Shown: positions 45,986 through 55,695 of the stretch, piece after piece
How the letters are laid out: every line of letters begins with the position of its first letter
How positions within the stretch are numbered: position 1 is the first letter of the stretch
NCBI GenBank assembly: GCA_964604655.1
Contig: CAZRZY010000001.1
Coordinates: 80-64,079 of the forward strand
Source: an uncultured Bacteroides sp.
GTDB taxonomy: Bacteria > Bacteroidota > Bacteroidia > Bacteroidales > GCA-2748055
Length of the DNA: 64,000 nt
Direction: 5' to 3'
Translations under genes and position numbers: made by a program
The notes under the pieces: model-generated
What the model was told of the DNA's origin: nothing
The model's database searches: none
What the model saw: the letters and a program-made list of their open reading frames with translations, nothing else

Positions 45986-47905
45986 ATGAAATTAAATTAT
46001 ATAATACCGGGCTTTAAGTATCGATCTTTTTTCCCTATCCTGGCTCTCATACTCCTAACAGGTTTTACTGCCTGTAACAAGAAAGACCAATTCAGGGCTG
46101 ACTTTCAAATGATTGATCCTGACCGCATCACGGATACTACCGAGAACGTGGGCGTGTTCGGAGGATCCACCCGCATTACCCGGAAACCGGTGGAAGCCGG
46201 TGGAGCCACCTGGAATGTGGAATCAGGAAGGCTTTATCTTGATTTTGAAGAGCTTGGCTATTTCAGCATCACCCCCGAGGTGATTGGTCTGCCCGGATCA
46301 TGGAAAGGACTGGAGACCTTGCATGTAAAGTTGCATTCCGATACCATTGCCACCCTGATCCTGGAGATATACGGGCGCCGCTCCCGGATCAGGGATACAC
46401 TGTCCGTTAAGAAAGGGCGTTCCCGGCATGAAATGGATATTCGTGAAACAGCGTTGCTTGGAGGACTGGATGTGATGCCGGACCGGATACGGATCACATC
46501 AGCAGATCCCTCCCGCGTGCAAATAAGTCATTTGAGGCTTCAGAAGGGGGAGGAGCAGCTCTTTCTGATCGATCGCTGGGGTCAGCGGGCATTATCCCAT
46601 TGGCCGGGTAAAGTGCAATCGAAGGAGCAGTTGATCGATCTCACCGGAGAAACCGCGTTCCTGGATTCTCTGACCTCCATTGACGAGAAGGGATCGCTGG
46701 ATCCCTATGGCGGATATGCCGGCAGGGAGCTGTTATTTGATGCAACGGGCTTTTTCCGGGTGGATAAAAGGGACGGCCGTTGGTGGCTGGTGACCCCCCT
46801 GGGCAATCCGTTCTACAGCCTCGGGGTGAACGGAGTCCGGATCAAATCGTTCAGGAGTACGGCCGATGTTACCCGGATTCAGGGAAGAGAGGAGCTCTTT
46901 GCGGAGGTTCCTGAATTCGAACAATGTCCCCTGTGCTTCATGGAAGATTCCACCTATTTCTCATTCTACAGCTGGAATATCCGGAAGAAATACCCCACCA
47001 TCGAAAAATGGAAGGATCAGACTGAGAGGAGGTTACGGACGACAGGATTCAATACCATCGGGAACTGGAGCGACACCCTTTACTATCTGGAACCGAAAAT
47101 GCCCTATACGTATACCCTGGACAGCCGGAGGAATCCGGAGGTGATGATGTCCAACGGCATGCCGGATGTGTTCCATCCGGGCTGGGAGGAACATCTGTCA
47201 GTTGCATTCTCTATGATCACTGATTTCAGAGTGGATCCCTTTTTGCTGGGATATTTTGTGGACAATGAAATGGGATGGGGTGCCATCAACCGCCCCGATT
47301 CTTCCAGTCACACCTTCCCCGTACTGGAACGCTATGAAACGGAGGAAGAAAAGCGGGCGGTCTATGCCGAACGCTATTTTTCTACCGTCAGACAGGCCAT
47401 ACGGTTACATGATCCCAACCACCTCTACATGGGGTGCCGGTTTACCCGGAACTTCAGACGAATGGCCCCCATTGCAGAGGCTGCGGGAAGGCATGTGGAT
47501 ATTTTGTCCATCAATGTCTATTCGGCTCATCCCATCAAACAGCAGATGGACCAGTGGTACCGGGCAGCCAGAAGACCCATGCTCATCGGGGAACATCACA
47601 TTCCGCCCCGAACTGCCAGACAACTCTGGCCCAGGTATCCCAATTTTCCTCTGCCGGAACGCGATTCGATGCTGTCAAACTATATCTCCACCTGGGCCGG
47701 TTACCCGTATGCTGTAGGAAGCCATTGGTACCAGTATAAGGACCAGGAAGTGGCCGGCAGGGGAGATGGTGGTGAGAACCAGCCGATCGGACTTGTTACC
47801 GTGGCCGACCAGCCCAACTATCCGCTTCTGGAAACCTACCATTGGATCGCCAACCAGCTGCCGGATTGGCTGGGAGTGGGCTATTCGATGATTGCCGGCA
47901 AATAA
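45986..47905 (+). CDS. Putative glycoside hydrolase, clan GH-A-like TIM barrel (family not assignable by eye), lipoprotein
   Basis: The lipobox is LLTGFTAC. GFNTIGNWSD, YFVDNEMGWG (NE acid/base-like) and PMLIGEHHI (candidate nucleophile Glu) follow the GH-A pattern. The start is at ATG 45986. Confidence 0.55.
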   Translation: MKLNYIIPGFKYRSFFPILALILLTGFTACNKKDQFRADFQMIDPDRITDTTENVGVFGGSTRITRKPVEAGGATWNVESGRLYLDFEELGYFSITPEVIGLPGSWKGLETLHVKLHSDTIATLILEIYGRRSRIRDTLSVKKGRSRHEMDIRETALLGGLDVMPDRIRITSADPSRVQISHLRLQKGEEQLFLIDRWGQRALSHWPGKVQSKEQLIDLTGETAFLDSLTSIDEKGSLDPYGGYAGRELLFDATGFFRVDKRDGRWWLVTPLGNPFYSLGVNGVRIKSFRSTADVTRIQGREELFAEVPEFEQCPLCFMEDSTYFSFYSWNIRKKYPTIEKWKDQTERRLRTTGFNTIGNWSDTLYYLEPKMPYTYTLDSRRNPEVMMSNGMPDVFHPGWEEHLSVAFSMITDFRVDPFLLGYFVDNEMGWGAINRPDSSSHTFPVLERYETEEEKRAVYAERYFSTVRQAIRLHDPNHLYMGCRFTRNFRRMAPIAEAAGRHVDILSINVYSAHPIKQQMDQWYRAARRPMLIGEHHIPPRTARQLWPRYPNFPLPERDSMLSNYISTWAGYPYAVGSHWYQYKDQEVAGRGDGGENQPIGLVTVADQPNYPLLETYHWIANQLPDWLGVGYSMIAGK

Positions 47906-47932
47906 ACATTATCAATTATAAATTTCTAAATA

Positions 47933-48783
47933 ATGAGAAATGTGATTGGCGTTACAATAGTTACATTCATATTCATTAGCTGCTCATCACCAATTAATAA
48001 CAACGATCACCTAAAGCCAAATGTTATATATATCATGGTGGATGATATGGGGTATGCCGGATCGCCTGTCTGTGCCCCTTCGCGCAGCACATTGATGACC
48101 GGGATGCATACCGGCCACACGACGGTGCGTGGTAATAAATCACAGATCCCGCTGGATCTTCCCAATCCCGATCGTGTTCCGCTCAGGAATGAGGATTTTA
48201 CGCTGGCGGAGCTGTTCAAAAATGCCGGGTATGTGACCGGTATGACCGGCAAATGGGGACTGGGGGAGCCCGGAACCACCGGCGAATTCAATGCCCAGGG
48301 ATTCGACCAATGGATGGGGTTCCTGAATCAACGGAGAGCCCATAACCACTTTGCCGAATACATCTGTAGATCCGGATCCCAATGATCGCCTGGATGCCAG
48401 GAGCCGTTCCGGAAGGAAGCACCAGTGATTTTCCCTGGTAATTCCCGGATGTTTTACCCACCATGGCCGAGTTCATCGGTGAGCAACCCCCAACAGGGAT
48501 AGACGGGATCAGCGTGCTTCCGGAGATCCTGGGAAATGATATGTTACCCGGGAATCGATTTATGTACTGGGAGTTCCATGAAGGGGACTTTTTCCAGGCA
48601 GTCCGCTGGAAGGACTGGAAAGCGGTCAGAAAAGGCCTGGAAGGCCCCCTGGAACTTTACGACCTTTCTATCGATCCTTCCGAGACCACCGATCGGATCC
48701 TGGATTTTCCTGAGGTGAGAGAAACCATACTTCACTACCTGGATACAGCCAGAACAGAATCAGACTACTGGATCGCCAGATAG
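47933..48783 (+). pseudogene. Decayed sulfatase gene (three lesions)
   Basis: In NVIYIMVDDMGYAGSPVCAPSRSTLMTGMHTGH, about 30 aa normally found between DDMGY and the CxPSR signature are missing. The central ~170 aa are missing with a frame change near 48370-48385. The C-terminal frame IRIPMIAWMPGAVPEGSTSDFPW*FPDVLPTMAEF has an in-frame TAA at 48439-48441. Confidence 0.75.
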
Positions 48784-48809
48784 AGGTTAGGTGGGGACGG
48801 ATCCTGCCC

Positions 48810-49463
48810 CTATACCATCCACCGATCCATCTGGAAGAGATCGAAAAAGATGACCCCCTGCAGTATAAACCTGATAAGGCGGGAAAGAGCAAACAACAGA
48901 AAGGCCCTGAAGGGATATTTCATCATACTGAGGGCGATCACCACCAGGGAAAAGGGAGTAAACGGGAAGAGTGCTGCAATGATAATGAATGCTCCTCCCC
49001 ATTTTCTGACGAAATCGATGTAACGGTAAAGCTTCCTCTCCAGAAAGGCCCTCACATTGGGCCATCTGGAGACCCAGGTACCAATCCCGTAGGAGATGAT
49101 CCCGCCGGTGTAGGAGAGTGCCCCGAGCAATGCCAGGTAGGAGAGTGGACGGGAAAATTTCTGGGTCCAGACCAGGAACAGGTCTACAGGAATCATCCCG
49201 GTGAACGATTCCGATATAAAGAACAGAAGGATCACCAGTCTGTCTGATAATCTGCCAACAAGGCTGCTGAAAAGACTATTGAAATCAACCAGGTACCGGC
49301 CGATCAGAAATACGATCACCACCAGTGCCAGGTAAACTCCTGCAATCCAGAGAATACTCCGGCCCATGTAGCGGAAAAACCCTCTCTTCTGCAGATCTCT
49401 GTACCGTTTTCCCCATCTTTCCAGCATTCCTGAAAAGGAGTGCTGACCGCTTCGACTTGACAT
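48810..49463 (-). CDS. YqaA/DedA-like (VTT/SNARE-associated domain) membrane protein
   Basis: It has 5-6 hydrophobic segments. FISESFTGMIPVDLFLVW resembles the DedA/YqaA core motif. Confidence 0.5.
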   Translation of the reverse strand: MSSRSGQHSFSGMLERWGKRYRDLQKRGFFRYMGRSILWIAGVYLALVVIVFLIGRYLVDFNSLFSSLVGRLSDRLVILLFFISESFTGMIPVDLFLVWTQKFSRPLSYLALLGALSYTGGIISYGIGTWVSRWPNVRAFLERKLYRYIDFVRKWGGAFIIIAALFPFTPFSLVVIALSMMKYPFRAFLLFALSRLIRFILQGVIFFDLFQMDRWMV

Positions 49464-49548
49464 TTATTGATATCTCAACAGGATATGTAATTTATGTAAA
49501 AAAACTTTAATGTCGTACTGCAGCACAGGAGCAACTGATTATATATTT

Positions 49549-50814
49549 TTATGGTTTTATTTCAGGATTATTATCCACTCTGAAGGCCATCAGAACATCT
49601 CCCCGCCGCAGATATAGGATGCCCCGGTGGATCACCGGGTGGGAAAAGTGCTGTTTGGTGCCTTTTGTGATCCTGAAGGAGCTGATCTCCTTCAGCTGTC
49701 CATCTTTCGGTTGGACAAGATGCAGGATGCCGCGCCAGTTATAGAAATAGAGCATGCTGTCTGCCGCAATGACAGCCCCGGTGCCAATTTCCAGGGAATC
49801 GGTCCACTCACCGGAATGCCTGTTCAGGGCCTTCAGGTACCGGTTTTTCGTACCCGCCCCGTACAGGAAATCCCCAAACCTCACAATTCCCCCCATAAAG
49901 CTGTCGAACCCGGGATTCCTCCAGACCTCCCCGATGCCTGAACCATCCTTAGAGAGTTGGAGCTTTACCCCCCCGTTCCCGTCTCCTGCCGCATAATAGA
50001 TGCCGCCATCTTCATACAGGGTCGTATTGGCATGGGTATCCCCATAGCCCAGTTTCCGCTCCTCAAGGGGCAGGTTATCCTGCTCGTGCGACCATAGCAT
50101 CTCACCGGTTTCTGCATCGAACCCCATCAGATGATATGCGGAGAAGGTGACCAGTATGGGTCTTCCGTTGTGAAGGATCAACCTGGGAGGATGGTATGCA
50201 GAACGCTCGCTGAAGCCTGGATGGCTCCATATCAGTTCTCCGGTCATTCGGTCGAGTGCCACCACATTATTCTCCTTACCTCCGGGGGTCCAGAATACCC
50301 GGTCGCGGTACATCAGTGCCGATTCGGAATGCCCGTGCAGGGGATATTGGCCTTGAAAGTCCTCTGAAAAAGAGCGTCTCCACTGCAATTCGCCGGAGTC
50401 CTTTCCCAGGCAGTATAGATCTCCCTTGCCGGTACCCACATAGATCCTGTCCCCAGCAATGGTGGGTGCGGAGCGGGAACCGGGAAAGCTGGTGACCCAT
50501 TCAGGGCCAAGAGCGGTTTCCCATTGTTTGACACCCGCAAGATCATAACAGTAGAGCCATGCCACGCTATCTTTTTCCCCGGTGATGTAGAAACGGTCTT
50601 CCGTAAATACCGGGGAACTAAACCCGTTTCCAAGTCCTTCAATGGTCCTTAGCTCTTCAGGTCCCTCTTCGGGCCATGCTTTCAAAAGGCCCGTATCCGG
50701 ATAGATCCCGGACCGGTCCGGGCCGCGCCACTGGTAAATGGTATAGTTTTCCTTGCTGCAGGATGTAACGAAAAAGTAAAGGAAGGGGATGATTATCCAC
50801 TTCATGGATCGCAA
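49549..50814 (-). CDS. PQQ-like (BamB-type) beta-propeller repeat lipoprotein
   Basis: The lipobox is FFVTSC. There are repeated W-x-G/aromatic blades (GELQWRRSF, GELIWSHPGF, GEMLWSHEQ). Confidence 0.7.
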   Translation of the reverse strand: MRSMKWIIIPFLYFFVTSCSKENYTIYQWRGPDRSGIYPDTGLLKAWPEEGPEELRTIEGLGNGFSSPVFTEDRFYITGEKDSVAWLYCYDLAGVKQWETALGPEWVTSFPGSRSAPTIAGDRIYVGTGKGDLYCLGKDSGELQWRRSFSEDFQGQYPLHGHSESALMYRDRVFWTPGGKENNVVALDRMTGELIWSHPGFSERSAYHPPRLILHNGRPILVTFSAYHLMGFDAETGEMLWSHEQDNLPLEERKLGYGDTHANTTLYEDGGIYYAAGDGNGGVKLQLSKDGSGIGEVWRNPGFDSFMGGIVRFGDFLYGAGTKNRYLKALNRHSGEWTDSLEIGTGAVIAADSMLYFYNWRGILHLVQPKDGQLKEISSFRITKGTKQHFSHPVIHRGILYLRRGDVLMAFRVDNNPEIKP

Positions 50815-50867
50815 ATTTTCAAAATGAAATCCTGAAGATAGGACTTTTTAGCGATCACTCTTTAGTT

Positions 50868-52001
50868 CTATTCTACGAAAGTAAGAGCCTTTCCGGATTT
50901 ACCGGCACGACCGGTACGTCCGATCCGGTGAATGTAACTGTCATGTGTTCGGGGAACCTGGTAATTGATCACATGAGATACATCCGAAATATCCAGTCCC
51001 CGTGATGCCACATCGGTGGCAACCAGCACGCGCACCTTGCCCTGCTTGAAATCGTTCAGCGCCCTCTGTCTGGCATTCTGGCTCTTATCCCCATGGATCT
51101 GATCCACAGGTATACCTGCCCTGCTGAGTTTCTGGGCGAGTCTCTGAACCCGGTGTCGAGTCTCTTCGAATAGCAGAACTTTCTCATATTCCTTCTGATT
51201 CAGAAGATCCATCAGAACCCGGAACTTTTGTTCCGTGGAACCGAATTTGATCACATCCTGCTCGATCTGTTCGGCAGGACGATCCCCCGAGCTCACCTTT
51301 ACTGTAACCGGATCTTTCAGGATCTGGTCAATAATGGATTGTTGGGACCTGTTATGAGTGGCCGAGAACAGCATGGTCTGCTTTCGGGCGCTCATTTTGG
51401 AAATGATACGATTCACATCGTGAATGAATCCCATATCCAGCATCCGGTCAAATTCATCCAGGACCAGTACCTGGAATGAATGAAGCTTCAGCGCCCCCCG
51501 GTTGACCAGGTCATTGAGTCTGCCGGGGGTGCCGATGATGATATGGGAAGAACGTCTGAGCGCATGAAGGTCCCTGTTGATAGCGGTTCCACCAATAAAA
51601 CAGGCGCTGTAAAGACCCAATCCCCGGGTCATGCTTTTAAACTCCTCTTCTACCTGATTGGCCAGTTCTCGGGTGGGTACCACCACCAGGGCATAGGAGG
51701 CGGACCGATGATCAAGCAGGTTCTCGATGATTGGAAAAAGGAATGCCCCCGTTTTTCCAGTACCTGTTTGGGCGATTCCAAGCAGGTTCCTGCCGTCCAG
51801 AAGCCTTTCCAGTGTCCGGTCCTGGATTTCAGTAGGGGTTTGGAACCCTTTGCCGGAAAGCCGTTTCTTCAGATCTTTGCTGATAGGTAAATCGCTTATA
51901 TGACGATGGGAACGGTAGGAATTCTCAGGTTTCAGATCCGCTTTTCTCACCAGAAGTGAGGGATCCATGGTAGAGGGTACTTTAATCTTATGATGATTCA
52001 T
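50868..52001 (-). CDS. DEAD-box ATP-dependent RNA helicase (motif II variant DEFD)
   Basis: The Q-motif region is TPTEIQ, motif I is AQTGTGKTGAF, and motif II reads VLDEFDRM. SAT and HRIGRTGRAG are also present. Confidence 0.9.
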   Translation of the reverse strand: MNHHKIKVPSTMDPSLLVRKADLKPENSYRSHRHISDLPISKDLKKRLSGKGFQTPTEIQDRTLERLLDGRNLLGIAQTGTGKTGAFLFPIIENLLDHRSASYALVVVPTRELANQVEEEFKSMTRGLGLYSACFIGGTAINRDLHALRRSSHIIIGTPGRLNDLVNRGALKLHSFQVLVLDEFDRMLDMGFIHDVNRIISKMSARKQTMLFSATHNRSQQSIIDQILKDPVTVKVSSGDRPAEQIEQDVIKFGSTEQKFRVLMDLLNQKEYEKVLLFEETRHRVQRLAQKLSRAGIPVDQIHGDKSQNARQRALNDFKQGKVRVLVATDVASRGLDISDVSHVINYQVPRTHDSYIHRIGRTGRAGKSGKALTFVE

Positions 52002-52194
52002 GAATAGTGTATATCGACCTTTTGGGGCCGTTGTTAGTAAATAATCTGCCCCGTGTGGGTCAGATAGAAATAAGTTTGTAGCTGAATTGTTATTGGAAAG
52101 GTAAAAAGCCGGCTAAAACCGTGGCAAAGGTAATCAAATAATTGAACAGGCATCAGTCCTTTAATTTTTTGGTATATTTATTTCCTTCTCGCAC

Positions 52195-53106
52195 ATGACC
52201 TTCGATGTGGCCAATATTGCAGATATCTTCGCCGATTTGGTGATTACCGGACCGGATAAACCCTCCTTCGGGCAGGTGGAGACACTGGCCGACAGCTATG
52301 AGGTGGAACTGGGGGGCTCTGGCCCTATCTTTGCATCCCAGTATGCCAAACTGGGAGGTAGCATCAGTGTGATTACCGTCGTTGGTAAGGATCGGATGGG
52401 GGACTTCGTAACGGATCGAATGCGGGAACTGGGGATCGACACCCGCTATGTCAGGCAAAGTGAAAACCACAGGACCCCCCTTGGGCTCAATATCTCCGTG
52501 GAAGGGGACCGGTCCATGCTCACGGTGCTCGGAACCCTGCAGGAGATCAATCCCGGCCTGGTCCCCGGAGATATTCTGGACTTTGTTCGTCACTGGCACA
52601 TTTCCGGTTATTTCCTACTCCCGGAACTGTTCGATTTCTGGCCGGGCTTTTTAATGCAAGCCCGGGAAAAAGGCATCACTACCTCTCTGGATACCAACTG
52701 GTCACCGGAAGGAAACTGGGACAGGGTTCAGGAGATTCTTCCCCTGGTCGACCTGTTCCTTCCCAATGAAGAGGAGGCCATGGCCATCACCGGCAGCAGT
52801 GATCCCTCTATGGCAGGAAGGCTCCTCTCCCAAAAGATTCCCATGGTGATCATGAAACGGGGTGCAAAAGGGGCTACCATTTTCAAAGAAAAAGAAGAAA
52901 TACACCTGCCCGTTGAAACCGTAGTCCCGGGCCCCTTAGAGGTGGTGGATACCACCGGAGCCGGGGATAGTTTCGATGCGGGCTTTATTTACGAGTGGCT
53001 GAAAGGAGGTTCCCCTGAAGGCTGCCTGCAGAAAGCCATACGGTGCGGGTCCAGCAATGTGCAGGGTATCGGGGGCATCCGCTCCCAGTATATACCGGAT
53101 CCATAG
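52195..53106 (+). CDS. PfkB-family carbohydrate kinase
   Basis: The C-terminal signature is DTTGAGDSFDAGFIY, with an N-terminal GGSG region. Length is 303 aa. Confidence 0.85.
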   Translation: MTFDVANIADIFADLVITGPDKPSFGQVETLADSYEVELGGSGPIFASQYAKLGGSISVITVVGKDRMGDFVTDRMRELGIDTRYVRQSENHRTPLGLNISVEGDRSMLTVLGTLQEINPGLVPGDILDFVRHWHISGYFLLPELFDFWPGFLMQAREKGITTSLDTNWSPEGNWDRVQEILPLVDLFLPNEEEAMAITGSSDPSMAGRLLSQKIPMVIMKRGAKGATIFKEKEEIHLPVETVVPGPLEVVDTTGAGDSFDAGFIYEWLKGGSPEGCLQKAIRCGSSNVQGIGGIRSQYIPDP

Positions 53107-53133
53107 ATATTGAATCCCTAAATATCAGATTAA

Positions 53134-54219
53134 ATGAAGAACAAAATTGGAGTTGGACTGATCGGTTCTCAGTTCGTCACTACCATCCATGCGGAGGCAC
53201 TCCGGTCAGTAGCCGATGCGGAGGTACTTGCCGTCATGTCCCCCACAGGGGGTCACGCCAGGGATTTTGCCACTAAGAACGAAATCCCCCGCCATTTCAC
53301 AAAGCTGGATGAGATGCTGGCCTTGGATGAGATCGATATGGTCGTTATCGGAGCACCAAACCATGTGCACTGCGAGATTACCGAAAAAGCCGCAAAGGCG
53401 GGTAAAAACATCGTTGTTGAAAAACCTTTCTGTCTGAACCTGGCCGAAGCAGACCGGATGATCGAGTCATGCCGAAGTGCGGGAGTGAAGCTGATGTATG
53501 CCGAAGAGCTCTGTTTTGCCCCCAAATATGTTCGGTTAAAAGAGTTGCTGGATGAGGGTGCCCTGGGAAAGCCCGTGCTGTTTAAGCAATCTGAAAAGCA
53601 CGACGGACCCCATTCCGATCATTTCTGGGATGTGGACCGTTCGGGTGGAGGAGTGACCATGGATATGGGTTGCCATGCCTTTGAGTTCTTCCGGTGGTTG
53701 AACGAACGAAAACCGGTCAAGTCGGTATATGCCCACATGACCACCAGCGTGCATGGTCAGCTGACCAGAGGAGATGATAACGCCGTGATCATTCTTGAGT
53801 TTGAGGATGGGGTGACTGCCATTGCCGAGGAAAGCTGGACCAAACTGGGAGGAATGGACGACCGTGCAGAGATCCACGGTTCGGAAGGAGTGGCATACGC
53901 CGATGTACTCCAGGGGAATTCCATCCAGACATACAGTGCAAAAGGAGTGGGATATGCTGTGGAAAAGGCAGGAAATACGGCGGGCTGGAGCTATACTATG
54001 TATGAGGAGGTTTGGAACTACGGATTTCCCCAGGAGTTCGCTCATTTTGTCGATTGTGTAAAAAATAACCGGCAACCGTTGGTGACCGGAGAGGATGGGA
54101 AAGCGGTGCTGGAGATCATCTTCGCCGCCTATGAATCTGCAGGAACCGGCAAGAAGGTGATGCTGCCGTTCTCTACCGATGCAAAAAAGCCATACGACCT
54201 CTGGAAGAACCGGGAATAA
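53134..54219 (+). CDS. Gfo/Idh/MocA family NAD(P)-dependent oxidoreductase
   Basis: The N-terminal Rossmann fold is IGVGLIGSQFVTTIHAEAL, followed by the VVVEKPFCLNLAEADRM (EKP) motif. There is no signal peptide. Confidence 0.85.
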   Translation: MKNKIGVGLIGSQFVTTIHAEALRSVADAEVLAVMSPTGGHARDFATKNEIPRHFTKLDEMLALDEIDMVVIGAPNHVHCEITEKAAKAGKNIVVEKPFCLNLAEADRMIESCRSAGVKLMYAEELCFAPKYVRLKELLDEGALGKPVLFKQSEKHDGPHSDHFWDVDRSGGGVTMDMGCHAFEFFRWLNERKPVKSVYAHMTTSVHGQLTRGDDNAVIILEFEDGVTAIAEESWTKLGGMDDRAEIHGSEGVAYADVLQGNSIQTYSAKGVGYAVEKAGNTAGWSYTMYEEVWNYGFPQEFAHFVDCVKNNRQPLVTGEDGKAVLEIIFAAYESAGTGKKVMLPFSTDAKKPYDLWKNRE

Positions 54220-54226
54220 GGGGATC

Positions 54227-54931
54227 ATGAGGTTTGAAGCTTTTACCAATTCTGCCGGACTGGACGAAAGTGCGGCGGCACGGGTGGCCGAAGAGGTGGC
54301 CGCGAAACCGAATCTGCTGATGTGCACCGCCACAGGGTCCTCTCCTATGGGCCTTTACAGGCGGCTTGATCATTGGCAACGACAGCAACCCGGATTATTC
54401 GGGGAAATCCGGATCATCAAACTGGATGAATGGCTGGGAATGCCCGACAGCAGTGCAGGAACCTGTGAGCAGTACCTGAAGAAATGGCTGGTGAAACCCC
54501 TGCGCATTACCCCTGACCGCTTTATCTCCTTCTCCTCCGATCCGCCTGTTCCGGTGGAAGAGGCCGGGAGAATCCAGTCCTATCTCATCCGGCATGGACC
54601 CATCGACCTCAGCATCCTGGGGCTGGGAAGGAATGGCCATCTGGGACTCAATGAACCCGGTCCCGCTCTTCAGCCGGATTGTCACGTAGCTACTCTGAGT
54701 CCGGAATCCCGGCAGCACGAAATGGTGACCCATCTGGGAATGGTCCCGGAACGCGGACTGACTCTGGGAATGCGCCATCTCCTGAATTCCAGGCATATCA
54801 TTCTGATTGTTGCCGGCAGCGGAAAGCAAAAAGCATTGAAAACCCTGGAGTCGGGCCGGATTACCACCTTATGCCCCGCCTCCTTTCTGTGGCTTCACCC
54901 CCGGGTAGATTGCCTGATCCTGAAGGATTAG
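54227..54931 (+). CDS. Glucosamine-6-phosphate deaminase / galactosamine-6-phosphate isomerase (NagB/AgaI) family protein
   Basis: The start is at ATG 54227. CTATGSSPMGLY and LGLGRNGHLGLNEPG match the NagB/AgaI/6-phosphogluconolactonase fold signatures. Confidence 0.75.
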   Translation: MRFEAFTNSAGLDESAAARVAEEVAAKPNLLMCTATGSSPMGLYRRLDHWQRQQPGLFGEIRIIKLDEWLGMPDSSAGTCEQYLKKWLVKPLRITPDRFISFSSDPPVPVEEAGRIQSYLIRHGPIDLSILGLGRNGHLGLNEPGPALQPDCHVATLSPESRQHEMVTHLGMVPERGLTLGMRHLLNSRHIILIVAGSGKQKALKTLESGRITTLCPASFLWLHPRVDCLILKD

Positions 54932-54932
54932 G

Positions 54933-55685
54933 TCAAGCCATTATCAGATCCACACCGGCTTCGGTGAAAATTTCCCGGTAATGGGGGGCCAGATCTGTAT
55001 TGGTGGCCAGATGCCGGATGTCTTCCGGGTGGCAGATGGTAGTCAGTGCACTTCTGCCGAACTTGGTGGAATCCGATACCAGGAATACATCTTCTGCCTT
55101 TTCGATGATGAACCGGGAGATCTCCGCCCTGAACAGATCCCGGATCATAAAACCCTTTTCTCTGGTAAATCCGTCCATTCCTATGAAGGCCTTGTCGATA
55201 TGGATCTGTTCAATGCAACTTTTCGTGATATCGCCCACAAGCGTCTCACTATCGTGTTGATAGATCCCGCCCAGAAGTATAATGGTGGCCTGTGGATTCT
55301 TTCTGAACTGCCTGGCTATAAAAACATTGGTAGTGATGATCGTTACCCGCTCGATCCGTGCAAGTTCCCGTGCCAGTAACGCGTTGACCGAGCCCGATTC
55401 GATCAGGACCGTTTCCCCTTCCCGGACCCGGGAAGAGAGTTTCCGGGCGATACGCAGCTTTTTATCATAATGGACCCCTAACCTGTTGTCCAAATCGTCG
55501 GCATCCTTCAGCACCGCACCTCCATGGATGCGCCTCAGGAGGCCTTCACCCTCCAGGTAACGCAGATCCTGACGAATGGTGACTGCCGATACTCCCAGCT
55601 TATGGGAAAGGGAGGCCACCGTGGCCTTGTCATCCTCTCCCAGTATTTTCAGAATCTGTTTCTGCCTGTCATTCAACATCGTCAC
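54933..55685 (-). CDS. DeoR/GlpR(AgaR)-family transcriptional repressor
   Basis: The HTH is LNDRQKQILKILGEDDKATVASLSHKLGVSAVTIRQDLRYLE. It has a C-terminal sugar-phosphate sensor domain. Confidence 0.9.
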   Translation of the reverse strand: MTMLNDRQKQILKILGEDDKATVASLSHKLGVSAVTIRQDLRYLEGEGLLRRIHGGAVLKDADDLDNRLGVHYDKKLRIARKLSSRVREGETVLIESGSVNALLARELARIERVTIITTNVFIARQFRKNPQATIILLGGIYQHDSETLVGDITKSCIEQIHIDKAFIGMDGFTREKGFMIRDLFRAEISRFIIEKAEDVFLVSDSTKFGRSALTTICHPEDIRHLATNTDLAPHYREIFTEAGVDLIMA

Positions 55686-55695
55686 TTATCAGTTT

